Below, piece by piece: positions 24,586-39,500 of a stretch of DNA of 64,000 bases. A program made the position numbers and the translations under genes. Within the stretch, counting starts at the first letter, position 1; each line of letters starts with the position of its first letter. The stretch comes from a virus: the IMG/VR virus record IMGVR_UViG_3300001846_000219; one strand, written 5' to 3'. The notes below the pieces were generated by a model. It made no database searches and was not told the origin of the DNA. It saw only the letters and a list, made by a program, of their open reading frames with translations.

Positions 24586-27500
24586 ATGAAGGCAGTAACC
24601 GTATCGCAGAGAATTCAGGATCAAATTCCTGCATTCATTAAAGAAGACAACCAGCAGTTTGTAAAATTCTTAGAAGAATATTACAAATCTCAAGAGAAAG
24701 TTGGGCGTCCGTATGACATTCTAAACAATATTCTGAATTATACAGATATTGGTTCGGATGAGTTCGATCCAAATTTCTTGTCTTCGGAATCTGCGGTGTT
24801 GGAGAAGGTGGATCCGACACAAAACAAGATTATTGCCGAGAATGTAAACTATTTCCTTGAGAAGGATGGCAGTCTCAAAATTGACAATGAGGTCATTTAC
24901 TATGAGTCGGTTACTCACTCACCTGATGTAATCTTCACTCCTGGTGTAAACAAGCAGGAGTTCGATCGCAAAATTCAAGAATTTGAATCGATTTCTTCTG
25001 AGTTTAACGGTTCCAAAACTCTGTTTAATCTGAGACTGCTTGGTAGTCCTGTTACTCCACAGTCTGCGGAGCACCTTCTTGTCATCGTTAACAACGAATT
25101 TCAGTTCCCAAATAGAGATTACTTCCTTGAGGGAGACAAGATTCGCTTCCAGACCCCTCCACAATCGCCTACAGGCAGTCTGACGGGTGCTGTCAATATC
25201 ATTAGGTATCTGATTGGTTACACCAACGTTCCAGTCCGTTATTTGGACCCTATTGTTGTTCCTCAGGATATTTCTCAGACTGAGTTCAATTTAACTCTGC
25301 AAACACAACTGTACACTCCCCTGTCTACAGTGTCTGCGATTGTTATCGTCAATAGATCTGAAAAGGTCCCATTTGCAGATTACACCGTATTCCAAAACAA
25401 GATCATCTTTAAGGAAGCGCCTGTTCCTGGGTCCCAAATTGATGTTCTTTCTGTTGAATTGATTGCTCCCGAATTTGGATCGGGGGCATCGGCAGTTTCT
25501 AAAATTGTTGATGGTCAACTTGATGATATTATTGTCAAAAATGGTGGATCCAACTATAGACTGAGCTTTGCGCCCAAAGTCAACATTTCTTCGACTCTTG
25601 GACCTGGTGAAAATGCAACTGCAGAAGCACTTGTTAATGGCATCAAAAATGTCACTCTCCTTGCTTCTGGTCAAGGTTATACCTCCGCAAACCCACCTCT
25701 GGTCGAAGTAGACGCACCTGCAAGTGCTGAGGGGCAAGCGGCAAGACTTACGGCTACTGTTTCCGATGAAATTGAGGGAGTCATTTCTCTTAATGTCATT
25801 TCATCGGGTTCTGGTTATGATCGTATTCCTTCTATCAAATTCATCAATCCTGGTGGAGCAAAAATCAGTAACCCAACAATTACTGATGGTCGAGTAGATC
25901 TTGGATCTATCCAAGTTATTGATCCTGGTTTTGGATACACAACAGCACCTAGAGTTTATCTTGATCTTCCGACTGGGGATAATGCCATCGTTGCATCTCT
26001 TCAAGCAGTTCTTGATGATACAGGAAGATTGTTGAGAGTTGATGTTTTGGGTCAAGGGCAGGGTTATGAAACTGTACCTAGAGCACGTATTATCGATCCT
26101 GTTGGTGCTCAGATTCTCGATGTTAATGTTACTGGTGGCAGAGTCACCAACGTCGAACTTCTGACTGGTGGTAGAGGTTACACGGATGCTCCTTCGGTGT
26201 ACATCGTTGATAACCGTAAAGATATTGCTGGTAACCCGATTGGTGGTACTGGTGCAACTGCAGTTGCTACGATCTTTAACGGCGAAATTACAGATATCAA
26301 CATAACCAGTTTTGGTACTGGTTATTCCGATACCGAACCTCCTCAAATTTTTATTGCAGCACCACCTTCACCTGCAGCATCTTGCGATGTTGGATTTGGT
26401 GAGGTCACTGGTTTCACAATTCACAATGCTGGTCGTGGATACGAACCTTCTGCGTTTGTGAATTGCAGCCGTGGTGTGTCCGCAGTTACAGAATATGATC
26501 AGAAAGGTAATCAGGTTTATAGTTTGGAATCTGACACCGTTCAATCCTCTCACGCTGTTGGCGCAACAATCTACAACATAGACAATCTGTTCGCTAAAGA
26601 ACTTTACAGAAGATACGTCAATCAATATCTCCCGAACGCGGATATTGACTATACAAAGGTCAATGCTCCGCAGATTATTAAGACTATTAGCGATTTTTAC
26701 GCTTCAAAGGGCACCAAAATTTCGACTCAGTATCTGTTCAAGATGCTGTATTCGGAGAATGTTGATGTTTCTTACCCCAAGGATGAGATTATCAAACCAT
26801 CTGCCGCAACTTGGAACGTAGATACTGTTCTTCGTGCAGAACTTATTTCTGGTGATTCCCGCAATCTTCAGGATTCTCAACTATTCCAGTTTGCTGACGC
26901 GGTAGACTCGACCATTAAAGACGCATCGGTTCTTATTGAAAACGTCATCGCCATCAATACTGGTGTAGGTACCGTGTATGAACTTGCAATTTCTGAGGAA
27001 ACTTTGCAAGGTACATTCTCAATTCCGTATAAGACAACTCTTGTTGAGGCACTTGATACGGATACATCAATCATTACTGTTGACTCTACCATTGGTTGGC
27101 CAGAGAGAAACGGTACTATCCGCATTAACGATGAAGAAATTGTTCAGTACAAGGAAAAGACTCTCAACCAGTTCATCGAATGTACTCGTTCTAAGAACGG
27201 TGTTGTAGAAGATTGGGATGCTGGTACCCCAATCTATGCAGATATGTTTGTCTATGCCAACTATGGCACCAGCACCGAATGTAAACTGCGTGTTCTGGGT
27301 ATTGCAGACGCTAAGTCTACAGTTCTTTCTGACACAGGTTCTTACTATCTGCCTGGTGACAAGCTGAATGTTGCATCTCTTGGTTCAACGACTGATGACC
27401 AGAGAGTCACATCCTGGTTGTATAACGTTAAGAAACTGATCAGTGTCAGTCAAATTGTACCTGGAGGTCTCAACAACCAGACAGCAACAGTTACCTGTGT

Positions 27501-30500
27501 AAACAATCACGGTCTTCTGGTTGGTGACTCCGTTACAATCTACGGTGCTAACCCGACAGTGTTTAATGGTACATTCTTGGTTACCTCTCGTTTGAGCAAT
27601 ACAGTATTTGAATATACCATTCCACAACCCGCAGCGAACGAACCCCAAGGCAATATCCTGCTGTCCGTTGATTTGAACAAGGGCAAGTCTTCCGAACCAG
27701 GTATTGATGTTGCTGTTAGGAATTTTACGACAAACGTACAAAATACCTTCTTCAACGATCAGTATTCATATATTGCATCTTCGGGTATTCCAAACTATGA
27801 AGTGGGTCCTTTCCTTGGATCTGCACTTCTTCCAGGCAACCAGCGTAAACTGATCCGTATTCCCAGAGTAATTAATACGGTTTCCAGACGCGAAGATATC
27901 CAATTTGGTCCTATTGGATCTTGGGTTAATGGTGTTTCTGCGTGGTCTTATAAGTCTCAAAATAAAATTAAGTTTGGTGGTGTGACAAGCATCACCATTG
28001 ATAATCCTGGAACTGGGTATGACGCTGCAGTTCCTCCAGTTATCGAAATTACTGGTGGCGGTGGTTCTGGTGCATCTGCAACGGTTGTTGTTAATGGATC
28101 TTTGTTTGAAATTGAAGTAACTGCTGGTGGTACTGGATATACATCTTCACCGCTTGTTTCTATTGTTGGCGGTGGTGGTTTTGGTGCAACCGCAACTGCA
28201 GTTATAACAAATGGCAGAGTTAGCAGGATTCTTGTCGAATCTCCTGGTCAAGGATATACATCTCAACCCACAGTTTCGGTTTCTGGTGGTGGTGGCACTG
28301 GATGTACTGCTGTTGCTACCGTTAGAGGTCCAATTCAATCCGTTGCTACTACTAGCAGTGGTTCTGGTTACACATCTTCACCCACACTCAAACTAAACTC
28401 TGGTGAAGGTGCGGTTGCACAACCGATCATCATCAATGGTCGTATTGTTTCTATTGCTATCATTGCTGCTGGTAGAGGATACACCACTGCACCCCGTGTG
28501 ATTATCAATGGTGATGGTTATGGTGCTGTCGCTAAAGCAACTATTGGTACTGTTGGTGAAGATAGGGGCAAAGTTATTGGTGTTACCATCATTAACCGTG
28601 GTATTGGTTATAGCACAGGTACAACAACTGTCCGTCTTGAAGCGATTGGTCAAAGCGCACAATTCAGTGCAAACGTATTTGAGTGGACTCGTAACCTTCA
28701 AGATCAACTGGCATTAAACTTTGATGCTGCTCGTGGTTATGTGTTTGCTGGTTATAACACACAATATGGTGGTGAATATGCACACGTTTCTGATCCCAAA
28801 CAACTGAGATATGTTCTTGGCGATAATGTGTTCAGAAATCCTTCTACGGCTCAACTCCAAGAACTTTCTACTGGTTACGTTCACTCCCCAATTTTAGGTT
28901 GGGCATTTGATGGCAACCCGATCTATGGTCCGTATGGGTACATTGATGCTACTGACCAGTCTTCTGGCATTCGTCGTATCAGGTCTTCATACAGTGTTAA
29001 GTCACGTCTTGTATATGATGCAGATACTAATCCAGTGCCTCTGCGCGAAGACGGTCCTCTCCTTTCAGATTACCCTGCTGGATCTTTCATCGATGACTAT
29101 GAATATGTGTTCCAATTGGGAGACCTAGATCAATATAATGGTCGTTTTTGTAAGACACCAGAATACCCTGAAGGTGTTTACGCATACTTTGTTTCTATTG
29201 ACGCATCAGACTTTGGTAACCCCGTGTTCCCGTATATTTGCGGTCCTCAACTTTATTCTCAACCCGATACTTGGAACTTTAGTCAGGATGCAGTTCAAAC
29301 CAATATTCCTTCTGATGTGGTTCGCTTCCGCGATCCATATGAAGATGTTGATATTGACATTGATCGTCAACCAAACGCAGCCACAGATACGTTGGTTACC
29401 GAATTCGGTGATGATTTGATCTTTGAGATTGAAGATCTCAACCGAGATGGACTTATCAACAATCTTGAAGCGACCGAACCCCAGGTTATTACTGAGGAAC
29501 CTGTTCTGCAGGTATTTGATTACTATCCGAGAGTTTCCGTTCGTTCCGAAGTTGATATTGATATTGAGACTACGACGAAATTTGAAGATGCTAAGATTGA
29601 CGGATTTGTGATTGAAAACCCTGGCGTTTCTTACAAAGTCAGTGATAAACTGTACTTTGATAATGAAGGTACAGAAGGTTTCGGTGCATCGGCAAAAGTT
29701 TCTGCAGTTAAGGGTCTTACTATTGCTGGTTACACCAGCTATATGAGCAATGACGAACCTTATGGTCAAATCACAACCGATGGTGAGCACGAACTCCGCG
29801 TTGGTGATGAAGTTATTGTTAATAGCACACCAATTCTGGACGAAACAAATAAAACTTTCCGCGTTAAAGTTATCTCTGGCGTGGAAAAGGTTGATGTTGT
29901 GCAAGCAGGTCTCGGATATTCCGAGGAAATTCCCCCAACATACGAAATTATCACTTCTCAAGGGCAAGATTTTACAATTGAACTCCCAAGAACTGAGGCT
30001 GGTGGCGTTAACAAGGTCAACATCATCAATTCTGGTTCTGGATATGATGAGGATAATCCTCCAGAGATTCGCGTCACACACCCACAAAGATTTAAGAAGG
30101 CAGCGTATTTCCTGTCTTTCTTGGAAGAAAATAATTCCGTCACAACTATAAACGACATTCAAATTGCCGATGACAGAACCATCTATGTTTGTGGTAAGAC
30201 ATCAGTTGAAGATGGTGACACTGCTGGTGTTCTTGCCAAATTCAATAGTGACGGTCGTCTCTTGTGGAAGCGCACTCTAATTCCAACAGTTCCTAATGCT
30301 CAGGATAAGAGTCTTGTTTGGAATTCTCTGTATGTTGAAAATTCCAATCCGCATAACATCTATGTTATTGGCGAAACAATTCCGAACGTTGGGAATTTGA
30401 CGCACAATCCAGACGTGGTTGTTGCCAAATATCAATCTGGATTTGATAACGCAAACAATCCTGATGGTATTATTCAATGGCAGCGTGATATTGCTGGCAT

Positions 30501-33500
30501 TTCTGGTTCGACCAGACGCGATTATGCCACGACAATTCGCCTCGATCAAGAAGGTCGTTTGATGATTGGTGGTTACACCGATGCAAACTCCACATCACCC
30601 GATGATATGTGGGTGTCTCTCCTTGACCTTGATGGTTCTGTTATGGAGAAGCGGAAGATTGCTTCTACTTCTGGTACTGAGCATCTGCATCAATTGGAAT
30701 GGAAGAGCAATGACACATTCCTGTTCTGCGGAATTTCTGATCCCAATGGTACTGGAGACATTATTATTGGTGAAACTTACTATGATACCGCGACTATTGA
30801 GATTCAGTGGTCTAAATCTATCGTAAGCGGACCCGTTTACAGATATTCCAATCCATCCTTCACTGTTGATGATTATGGTGCTGTTTATGTTACTGCAACC
30901 GTAATCAATTCAGACGACAAGAACTATGGTGTTATGTACACCAAGTTTGATGGTAACAATTGGAATACTGCATTGACTAGCAAACTGTATGTTCCCCAAG
31001 GAACATATGAAAGTTGCGAATCTGCAGGGATTAAATTTGACATTTTCGGCAATATTGATCTTGGTGTTTTTGTCAAGCGAGCATTTAACCAGTGCGAATC
31101 CGTTACATCCAAAATCTCTTGGAATACTGGAAATATCATAGCTTCATCAACTCTTGTTGAATCTAGTGGAATTGGATATCATCCAATCGCAATCTCTAGT
31201 GATAATTCTGGAGATACCATTGTTGCTGGTAACAAGGTTGAATCGGATCAACTTGCAATCTTTAATTGGGATACTGCAAGTAATGTGTTTGAGGAGACAT
31301 ACAACGATACTCTCAAGACTGGAACCAATACTCAATGGTATGCAACTGGGAATGCCATTATCGATACAAACAAGTATTATGATGGGGTTTCTTCAATTCA
31401 ACTGGATGCTCCCAATTCGTTGGCACTCCAATATGGCAGTGACTTGTCAAATCAGTGGACTCTTGAAGCATTCTGGGCACTATCCACAGCACAATACTCG
31501 GCAAACAATACCGATCCAGAATTCTATTCGGTTTCGGACTCTCTTGGTAATACTGTTTCTTGTGGTGTTATCGGTGATAATACTGATCCCAATTATGGAA
31601 AGGTTTATGTAAATCTCTCTGGAACAACAACGTATTCGACTGGTTCTACATTCTGGTCTCCATTTAATGCAGAAACATTCGCTCACGTATCCTTGTCTAA
31701 AGAGCGTGCTGGGGTTGGTTCGTACACATACCGTGTGTTTATCAATGGCAACCTTGCACATTCCGTAACCAGCACAACAATTGACGTTCTACTTAGAGAT
31801 GCATCCCTTGGTCCTCAGGCAGCACCCACCAGCACAACTGGTTGGATTGGATGGATTGACAATTTTGTAATTTCCAATTCCACAAAGTATACAGCAGCAT
31901 TCACCCCCGCAGTTGTTGTTGGTTCTAGTTCTCCCGTCAAATCCTTCATCTACAAGGTAGATAAAGATAGAACAAAACTGGGAACATTTACTCTTGATGA
32001 TGTTGAGTCTGGACACACCATCACAATTTCCTCCAACACAAGTTATACTTTTAATACCCTCAACCAAACTATTACTGATTGGGCACTTGGTCCTGCAGGT
32101 ATTCAAATCCTTGATTATTCTGACGTTGCCGCTCAGCACGTTCCTGGTATCTTTACATTTACTGATACTAGCGAAACATATGCTGAGAGAACAGCAACTA
32201 TTCCTACTGTTGGTGGTAAGAAACTTCTGCTTCAGGCAACAGTTATCCCGAAATTCTACTTTAGGGATGCTAAGTATAGCAGCATTGACCTTGTTAAGAC
32301 TATTACGTTCAACCAAGAAGCAACCTTCACCAAAGGTTCTATTCTCCAACAGTATCAAGTAATCGGTGGTGATGATGTTGTTTCTGCATATGGAACGATC
32401 GTTGAGGTTGGAACTAATTCCTGCAAAATTGGTAAAATTATCGGCAATTTTGATACCCAAAAACTGCTGAAATCTTCCGTTGGCGACATTAACACTCTTG
32501 ATCGTAATTTCTCTGCTGCAACAACAATCCCCCAATGGCAGGAGAATTTCTCATACACTACAGGTGATGAAGTTTATAATGATGGTAAGATTTATACCGC
32601 AACATCTACTGGCATCTCTGGTCCCTTAGATCCTACCCATACCACAGGCATCGTCACCGACGGTAATGTAAATTGGGCGTTTACTGCAGTTTCTGGGACA
32701 TTTGTTATTGATCTTGCTAATACTGCATATAGTGGCGGCATACTGTCCGACTTTGCTTCTTGGAGAGAGTTTTCACCTCAGGATTACACAATTAAAATCG
32801 AATCGATTTATGACGATTCATCCTTCATCAAGGGCGACACCATTGATGCTGATGCAGTTAATCTGACATTCTCTGTTGATTCTACTGGCAAAATTGCAAC
32901 TTTTGGTGGATTGATTGGTGTGAAATCTTTCAGTTTGTTCGCAACTCTGGATAAAGATGTTATCCCTTCTGCGGCACTGACTAATACCGATCTGGTGTTC
33001 TGTTCTGCTACGAGTAGACACAACTTTGAAGAGAATGAAATTATCTTCACTGAAAGATTTGCAACCAATGATTATAATGGTTCGTTCTTCATTGAGGAGG
33101 TCTTCAATTCCAGAGAATTTACCTTCCGTCTGAGAAGCACCGCTGTTCAAGATCCCACGTTCTCTGGTACTGGTTCTTCTGTTGGTAACATCAACATTTA
33201 TGCGAAGCATCCCAAATTCCTGTTTGTTCGTTATCACCAGTACATCTTTGACTTGGATGATCCTTCCAACTTTGGTTACTATCTGTCGTTCTCCAAGGAT
33301 AATCAATACAAACTGGAATATCCGTTCATCAACATCATCAGAGAAGGTACTCCTGGTCTAACTGACGACGATTCTCCGACTCCTCTGGTCAAGTTTGTTG
33401 TGACCGATGCTGTTACAAACATTTCGTACTACTTCGATCCCTCCAGAACTGGTACAAACTCCCCTGTGGGTGAAGGTTCGTTCATCGACGTTATCACAAC

Positions 33501-36500
33501 TCCATATGCAGGGACTTTCCGAGTCAGTGCTACTGGAAGTGTTGGTACAACCTTCGACTTCAAACTTTTCAACGAACCAGAGAAGACAACTGCTCCTGTC
33601 GGTAATAATGAGTTTGGCAATCCAAGATCTTATTATTCGACAAGTTCTCTCAAAGCAATTGGTCCTATTGCAGACATTAAACTGGTTAACCCAGGTGGTT
33701 TCTATCAGAAACTCCCCATTGTCACAGATATTGCGTCGAACAGAGAGATTGAAAAGGTTCGTATTCTGAATGGTGGTACTGAATATGTCAACGGCGTGTA
33801 CTACAACGTACCCATTCAGGGTGACGGTGAAGGTGCATCCTGTAACATCACCGTTCAAGACGATGGCGATTTCACTGGGGTTATTACCGATGTTGTTCTG
33901 ACATCTGCTGGTGAAGGTTATAAGACTGCATACATCGATGTTGATGGCATCTCTGGTATCCTCGGACCTCTGCTTGCAGGTTCTGGTGCACAACTTGAAG
34001 TTGTAATTCCTGATGAAGGTTCGGGTGCATCGGTGTTCCTGCAAGGTAAGAGCATCGGTAAGATCAAGAAACTGAAGAACAACGAATTTGGTTTCGGTTA
34101 TTCTCACGATTATACTCTGAGACCCGAAATTACTTTCCCTGTGAACCTTCAACTGTTTAATACCGCTATTCTGTCGGAGATCAAGATCACTGATCCTGGT
34201 TCTGGTTACACATCTGTTCCTGCAGTTGTGATCGAAGGTGGTGGTGGTACAGGTGCTGAAGCGGAAGCAGTTGTCAAGAACAATCGTCTTTCGGAAATCA
34301 TCATCAAGAATCCTGGTGCTGGTTACTCTTCGGAACCGACCGTTACCCTGAAGTCTGAATTTAACTACGTTGTTAACGTTGACTTGGGTTATCTGCAGTT
34401 CAACTTCCCACACGGTATCACCACTGGTGCAGAAGTTCAGTTGAGAGCAGAGGATCTTGGTTCTACGGTTGGTATTCTGCCGAAACCGAGTTCTGCAGGT
34501 TTGGTTAGCTTGAACCCGAATCAAATCTACTATGCAATCGCTGGTGAGCAAAACTCCTTGGAATCTGACCAACTTCGTATTGCACTGACCAAACTTGACG
34601 CAGAATCTGGTTCTTTCATCACATTCTTGACCCAAGGTGAAGGTCGCCAAGTGCTGTTGACCGAAGTGTTTGGTGGTCAAGCAGAAGCTATCGTAGAAAC
34701 CTCCAGATTCCTTGAAGGTGAACTTGTTTATCAGGGTTCTTCACTGGAACTTGCATCTGCAACTGGTTACGTTTCCACTAACGAAGGTTGGCAGATTGGT
34801 CCTCGCATTCTTAAGTTGGAAAATTATGATGGCATTTGGAAAGATGGTGAGCGTGTCACTGGTCAGGTGTCTCGTGCATCTGGTTTGATTGATAACCTCT
34901 CCATTGCTCGCGGTACTCTGAATATTGCTTCTCTGACCACAACTCCTGGTCAGTTTATCGATGACGTTGGCAAACCCTCCGAAATCGTTCAGAAGATCCA
35001 AGATTCCTACTTCTATCAGAACTTCTCTTACGTTATCAAGTCTCAGACTCCGATTAACGAATGGAGAAAGTCCATCCTGGAAACAAACCACCCTGTTGGT
35101 TTCAATATGTTCGGTGAACTTGCTATTTCTGGTGGTAAGGATATTTCTGGTCGTAAAGTTATTTCTGACCTGGTTAAGGAAGTTAATATTAGTTCCTATA
35201 CCAACATTAATCAAATTACATCGTTTGCAAACGCACAACCAATCTACACAGAGTTCAACAACACTGAAGTTCTGTTCAGACGTAAGCGTCTGACCAACTC
35301 TGAGGAAATTCTCACATCTATCGTCAAGAAAATCGATGATATTTCATCAGACTTTAATGGTATTAGAACTCAGTTCCCCCTGAACGTTGAAGGTGAATCC
35401 ATCACCGCAACCGAAACTCAGATGTTCGTGCTGATCAACGGTGTTGCACAGGCACCTGGTGATGCATTCTCAACTTCTGGTCCTTCGATTGTCTTCACTG
35501 AAGCACCGAAAGCACCTTCCAGAATCAAATTCCGTGAAGTTGATTATGCTCAGATTGAAATTACCCGCCTGACATTTAGCAACATTAGTGGTATCTTCCC
35601 ACTTCTGGGATATAAAGTTCGCGGTATTGTTTCCGAAGCAATTGCAACTGTCATCGACTCTGGCGTTGACTACATTGATGTGATTAACGTTGAAGGAACA
35701 TTCCAAATCAACGAAAGCATTCTTAGCAGTCAAACTGGATTCAACTCGGTTCTTTCCAACGTCGCTACTGTATCCCAGAAGACAATTTACGAACAGGGTG
35801 AGAGAATCACCAACTTGAGTGGCGATTTTGCAATCATTGAAGAAAGTAACCTGCAAGATGGTACAATCACATCTCACTTGGTTGTTTCTCGTACATCTGG
35901 TACCGATAAGTATGAAACTGGCGAATTCAATATCAAGTTCAACGATATTATTTACTCTTCCCGTTCAAAGATTGCTGCAAGAGTGACTGTTATCGCACCT
36001 TACAGTGATGATGTTTCTGGTCAAATTATCGACCAGGTTGACCTGTCTCCTGCATCTTCCTTCTTTGCACTGGTCTTCCAGAGAGTTCCTTCAACGACAT
36101 TCCCGAACGTCATTCTTGACAATATTGGTGATACCGTTATCAATCCCACAGAGATCGATAGCACAGAATCTAATAACCAAGACTTCCTTGATTTTGAGCG
36201 TGTTCGTAACCAAGAAATTCGCTACACCAATCTCGCAGGCAATGACTTTGCTCCTGGCACCGATATTCGCCTGAAGAAGATCTATTTCGGTAACTCTTCG
36301 TTGAGAACCGTCAAAGATCCTCGTGCAAATAACGCTTCCGAGTCAATCCTGAAGAACCTTGACTTTATTGCTGAGGAAGCAGTGGGTAAGATGCTTGAAT
36401 TCTATCCTTCCTTCCAGATTCAAAGCGTCGGTGGAAATAGTGACTGTCAGGACGATATTAAGGATATCCTAACGGCTATCGCGTGGCAATTGGAATATGA

Positions 36501-39500
36501 TGGCAACTCTGAAATTTGGGATGCTGCGAATACCTACGTTCAAGGCAACAGTGTGTACCACCTGGATGGTGCTGTTCCCCAAACAGTTTATGCAATGGAA
36601 CAGGCACGTGATCTTGCGATCAAGTGTATCAATATGATCACTATCAATCCTGAGCACACCAGATTGAGTCAGTGGAAGGATCTAACGGTTACTCCCGAGT
36701 ACACAGTGATCGACAACAGTCACGCTGACGCTCGCAATCTGATCCTTGCTAATAAGTGGTTCATTGCACACGAATCTCTCTACTACGCTAAGCAGCAAAA
36801 TCCTGGTCTGGTTGTGCCTGGTGGCGATGTGAACTGCCTCTCCGACATCGTAGATGTCTTGGAAGCAATGACATATAACCTGGCACACGGTGGCAACGAC
36901 TTTATGTACGACGCTACTGAGCGTTATCTTACGGGTGCACACGTTGCTGGTTATGAAGATGATACCGTGAATGCCTTCACCAAGGCACGCGATATGGCAA
37001 TCGAAGTGATGAGAAACAATGCTATCACCAAGCAAGATACTTCTCACGGTTGGGTTCAGTCTTTCGACCTCACCATCACAGCAGATACTCAATCTCCCGC
37101 CTGTCAGCAGGTCGCATCGTCGATTACAACTCTAATGGGTATGCTGATCACTTCGATCGGCACTACAGCATCTCCTGGAACACTTGCCGCATTTGAGGCA
37201 GCGTATACTGAAACTGCACCTTCTCCGACATACAACACAAATCGTGAGGCAATTCCTTACGAAAATGCGTGTGTCAACCAGACTTCTGCAGTTACCAATT
37301 TCTTCCATATCATCACGGATTCGCTTCAGGATCCCACTGGTGCTGATCCGACTACCTATCAGTGGTCCATCAGCAACTTGACTCGTGTTGAACCCCCGTA
37401 TGCGTTTGAAGACGGCGAAACGATCCGTTCTATCAAACACAACTACAAGAACAAGTCTTCAGGTGGTTTCTTCAACTTTGGTGATACTATTCGCGGTATG
37501 TCATCTGGAGCAACATCTGAAGTTATCGGAACCAATGCTGGTAGCAAGTGGATCTACACCAAGGCAGTTACTGGATCATACTCTGCAAACGAGTATATCA
37601 CCAACTCTCTAATGACCGCAACTAATGCTTCGGTTGATTTGTTGATGTCCAAAGTTGGATCTGGATCTGTTTCCTTCACAGGAACTGGTAGCAAACTTGA
37701 ATTCCCCGCAGACGAGAGAGTTGATTTCGGTACTGCAGACTTTACCATCGAAGCTTGGATTCGTCCTTCGGGCGTAAGCGGTGTCCAAAGAATCATTGAT
37801 TGTCGTGCATCTGGCACTGACGTTGCAGTTACTCTCTTTATGAGTGGAACTTCTCTCCGTTACGGTACAGGTGCTGGTGATCACATTACTGCTACCAGTG
37901 CTATCACAACTGCAAACCAGTGGTACCACATCGCAGTTTCTCGCGCTTCCAACACCACAAAACTGTTTGTTAATGGCGTTCAGGTTGGTTCTGACTACAC
38001 AGACAACAATGATTATGCAGATAATGCATTTAAGGTTGGTGCTTCTTGGAACAGTGGTGAAACATTCGCTGGTCATATTGACGAATTCTTGATCAGAAAA
38101 GGAACCGCCTCGTACGGTTCTGGGTTTACTCCCCCCATTGTCTATAACTACAGCGGATTGGATATTTCCTTCGCGTTCAATGGCAATACTCCTTTCCCGA
38201 TCGAGCATACTGCAATCTACGCAACGTATCTGCAAACTATCATCTCGTCTGCAACGGCAAACGGTGTTGAATTGTTCCGTCAAGAAATTATGACGGAAGA
38301 GGTTGATACTGGTAGAGACGTATATCGCGACTGTGCCGATATTATTGAGAAGAACCGCTACTGGATTGCTGAGGAAGCAGTTGGTCGTATGAAGGCGACT
38401 TACCCAGAGTTTGTGATGCCTGGTGACTATGGAAACAGCACACAAGGTACAGATTACTGCCTGCGTGATACCCACTCATTCATTCTGCCCGCAATCATTA
38501 ATGATCTTCGTTACGGTGGTAACTACAACACAATCGTTGCTGGTCGTGGATACCTTGAGGGTTCGGGTGCACTGAAGCATATCAATGGTGAACTCCTGCA
38601 GTCCATCTACAGTTGGCGGGAAGTTGCAAAACTTTGCATCAAAGTCATCACCGAAGATGAAACTGATCTGAGTGGTGAGTATACCGACAGAATTCGTGTT
38701 CCCAACTACTTCAGTTCTCCTGCATCTACACAAATCCAGAACTTCATTACCGATCTGGTTGACGATATGTTGGATGTTCTGGGTCCGACTGGACACAGAT
38801 TCCGTGATGGTGCTGATCTACTGTACTTCAACCGTAAAGCGATTGCTGACGAAGCAGTCTATATGCTGGAAGAAAAGTGGAAGGTCAATATCGCATTCTA
38901 CGAACAGAATAAACTCTCCATCCCTGGTGGTCGTGAGAAGTGTGTTCGCGACGTTCGTGACTATATTGTTCCCGCTGTTGCTGGTGATCTCTTGACTGGG
39001 GGTAACTCCAATATTCAGGGCATTATTGATTTCTATCTTGATGCTCAAAGCAATATCAATCACGTTGAGAGTGAACTGCTCCCGATGCTGGATGCAATTG
39101 AATATGTGAAGATGCTTTGTGGTTATGCGATTGAGAACCTGCTGATTTCTCGTAGCGAGAATATCGCAAACTTGACTGGTACAAGTCCTCAAACTATTGA
39201 CGACTTCTACCAATTCCAATACACCGACTTCGCTGCATTCCGTAAGGATACTGCAGTTGAACCCACGTTCCTGGGAGATCCTAAGATCTATCAAGGTGAC
39301 AACTATGCAATCGATGCTTCCAACCTTCTGGAGCAGAATGCACGTACAATTGCTGAAGAAGCAATTGATCTGGTTACCAAGACCAGTGCATTCCAACATT
39401 CCAACTTCAGAGTTCCTGGCGGTAAAGTCAACTGTGAAGATGACATCGTTGGATTCATCGAAGCAGTTATTCACGACTTGCGTTTTGCAGTTAACGAGAA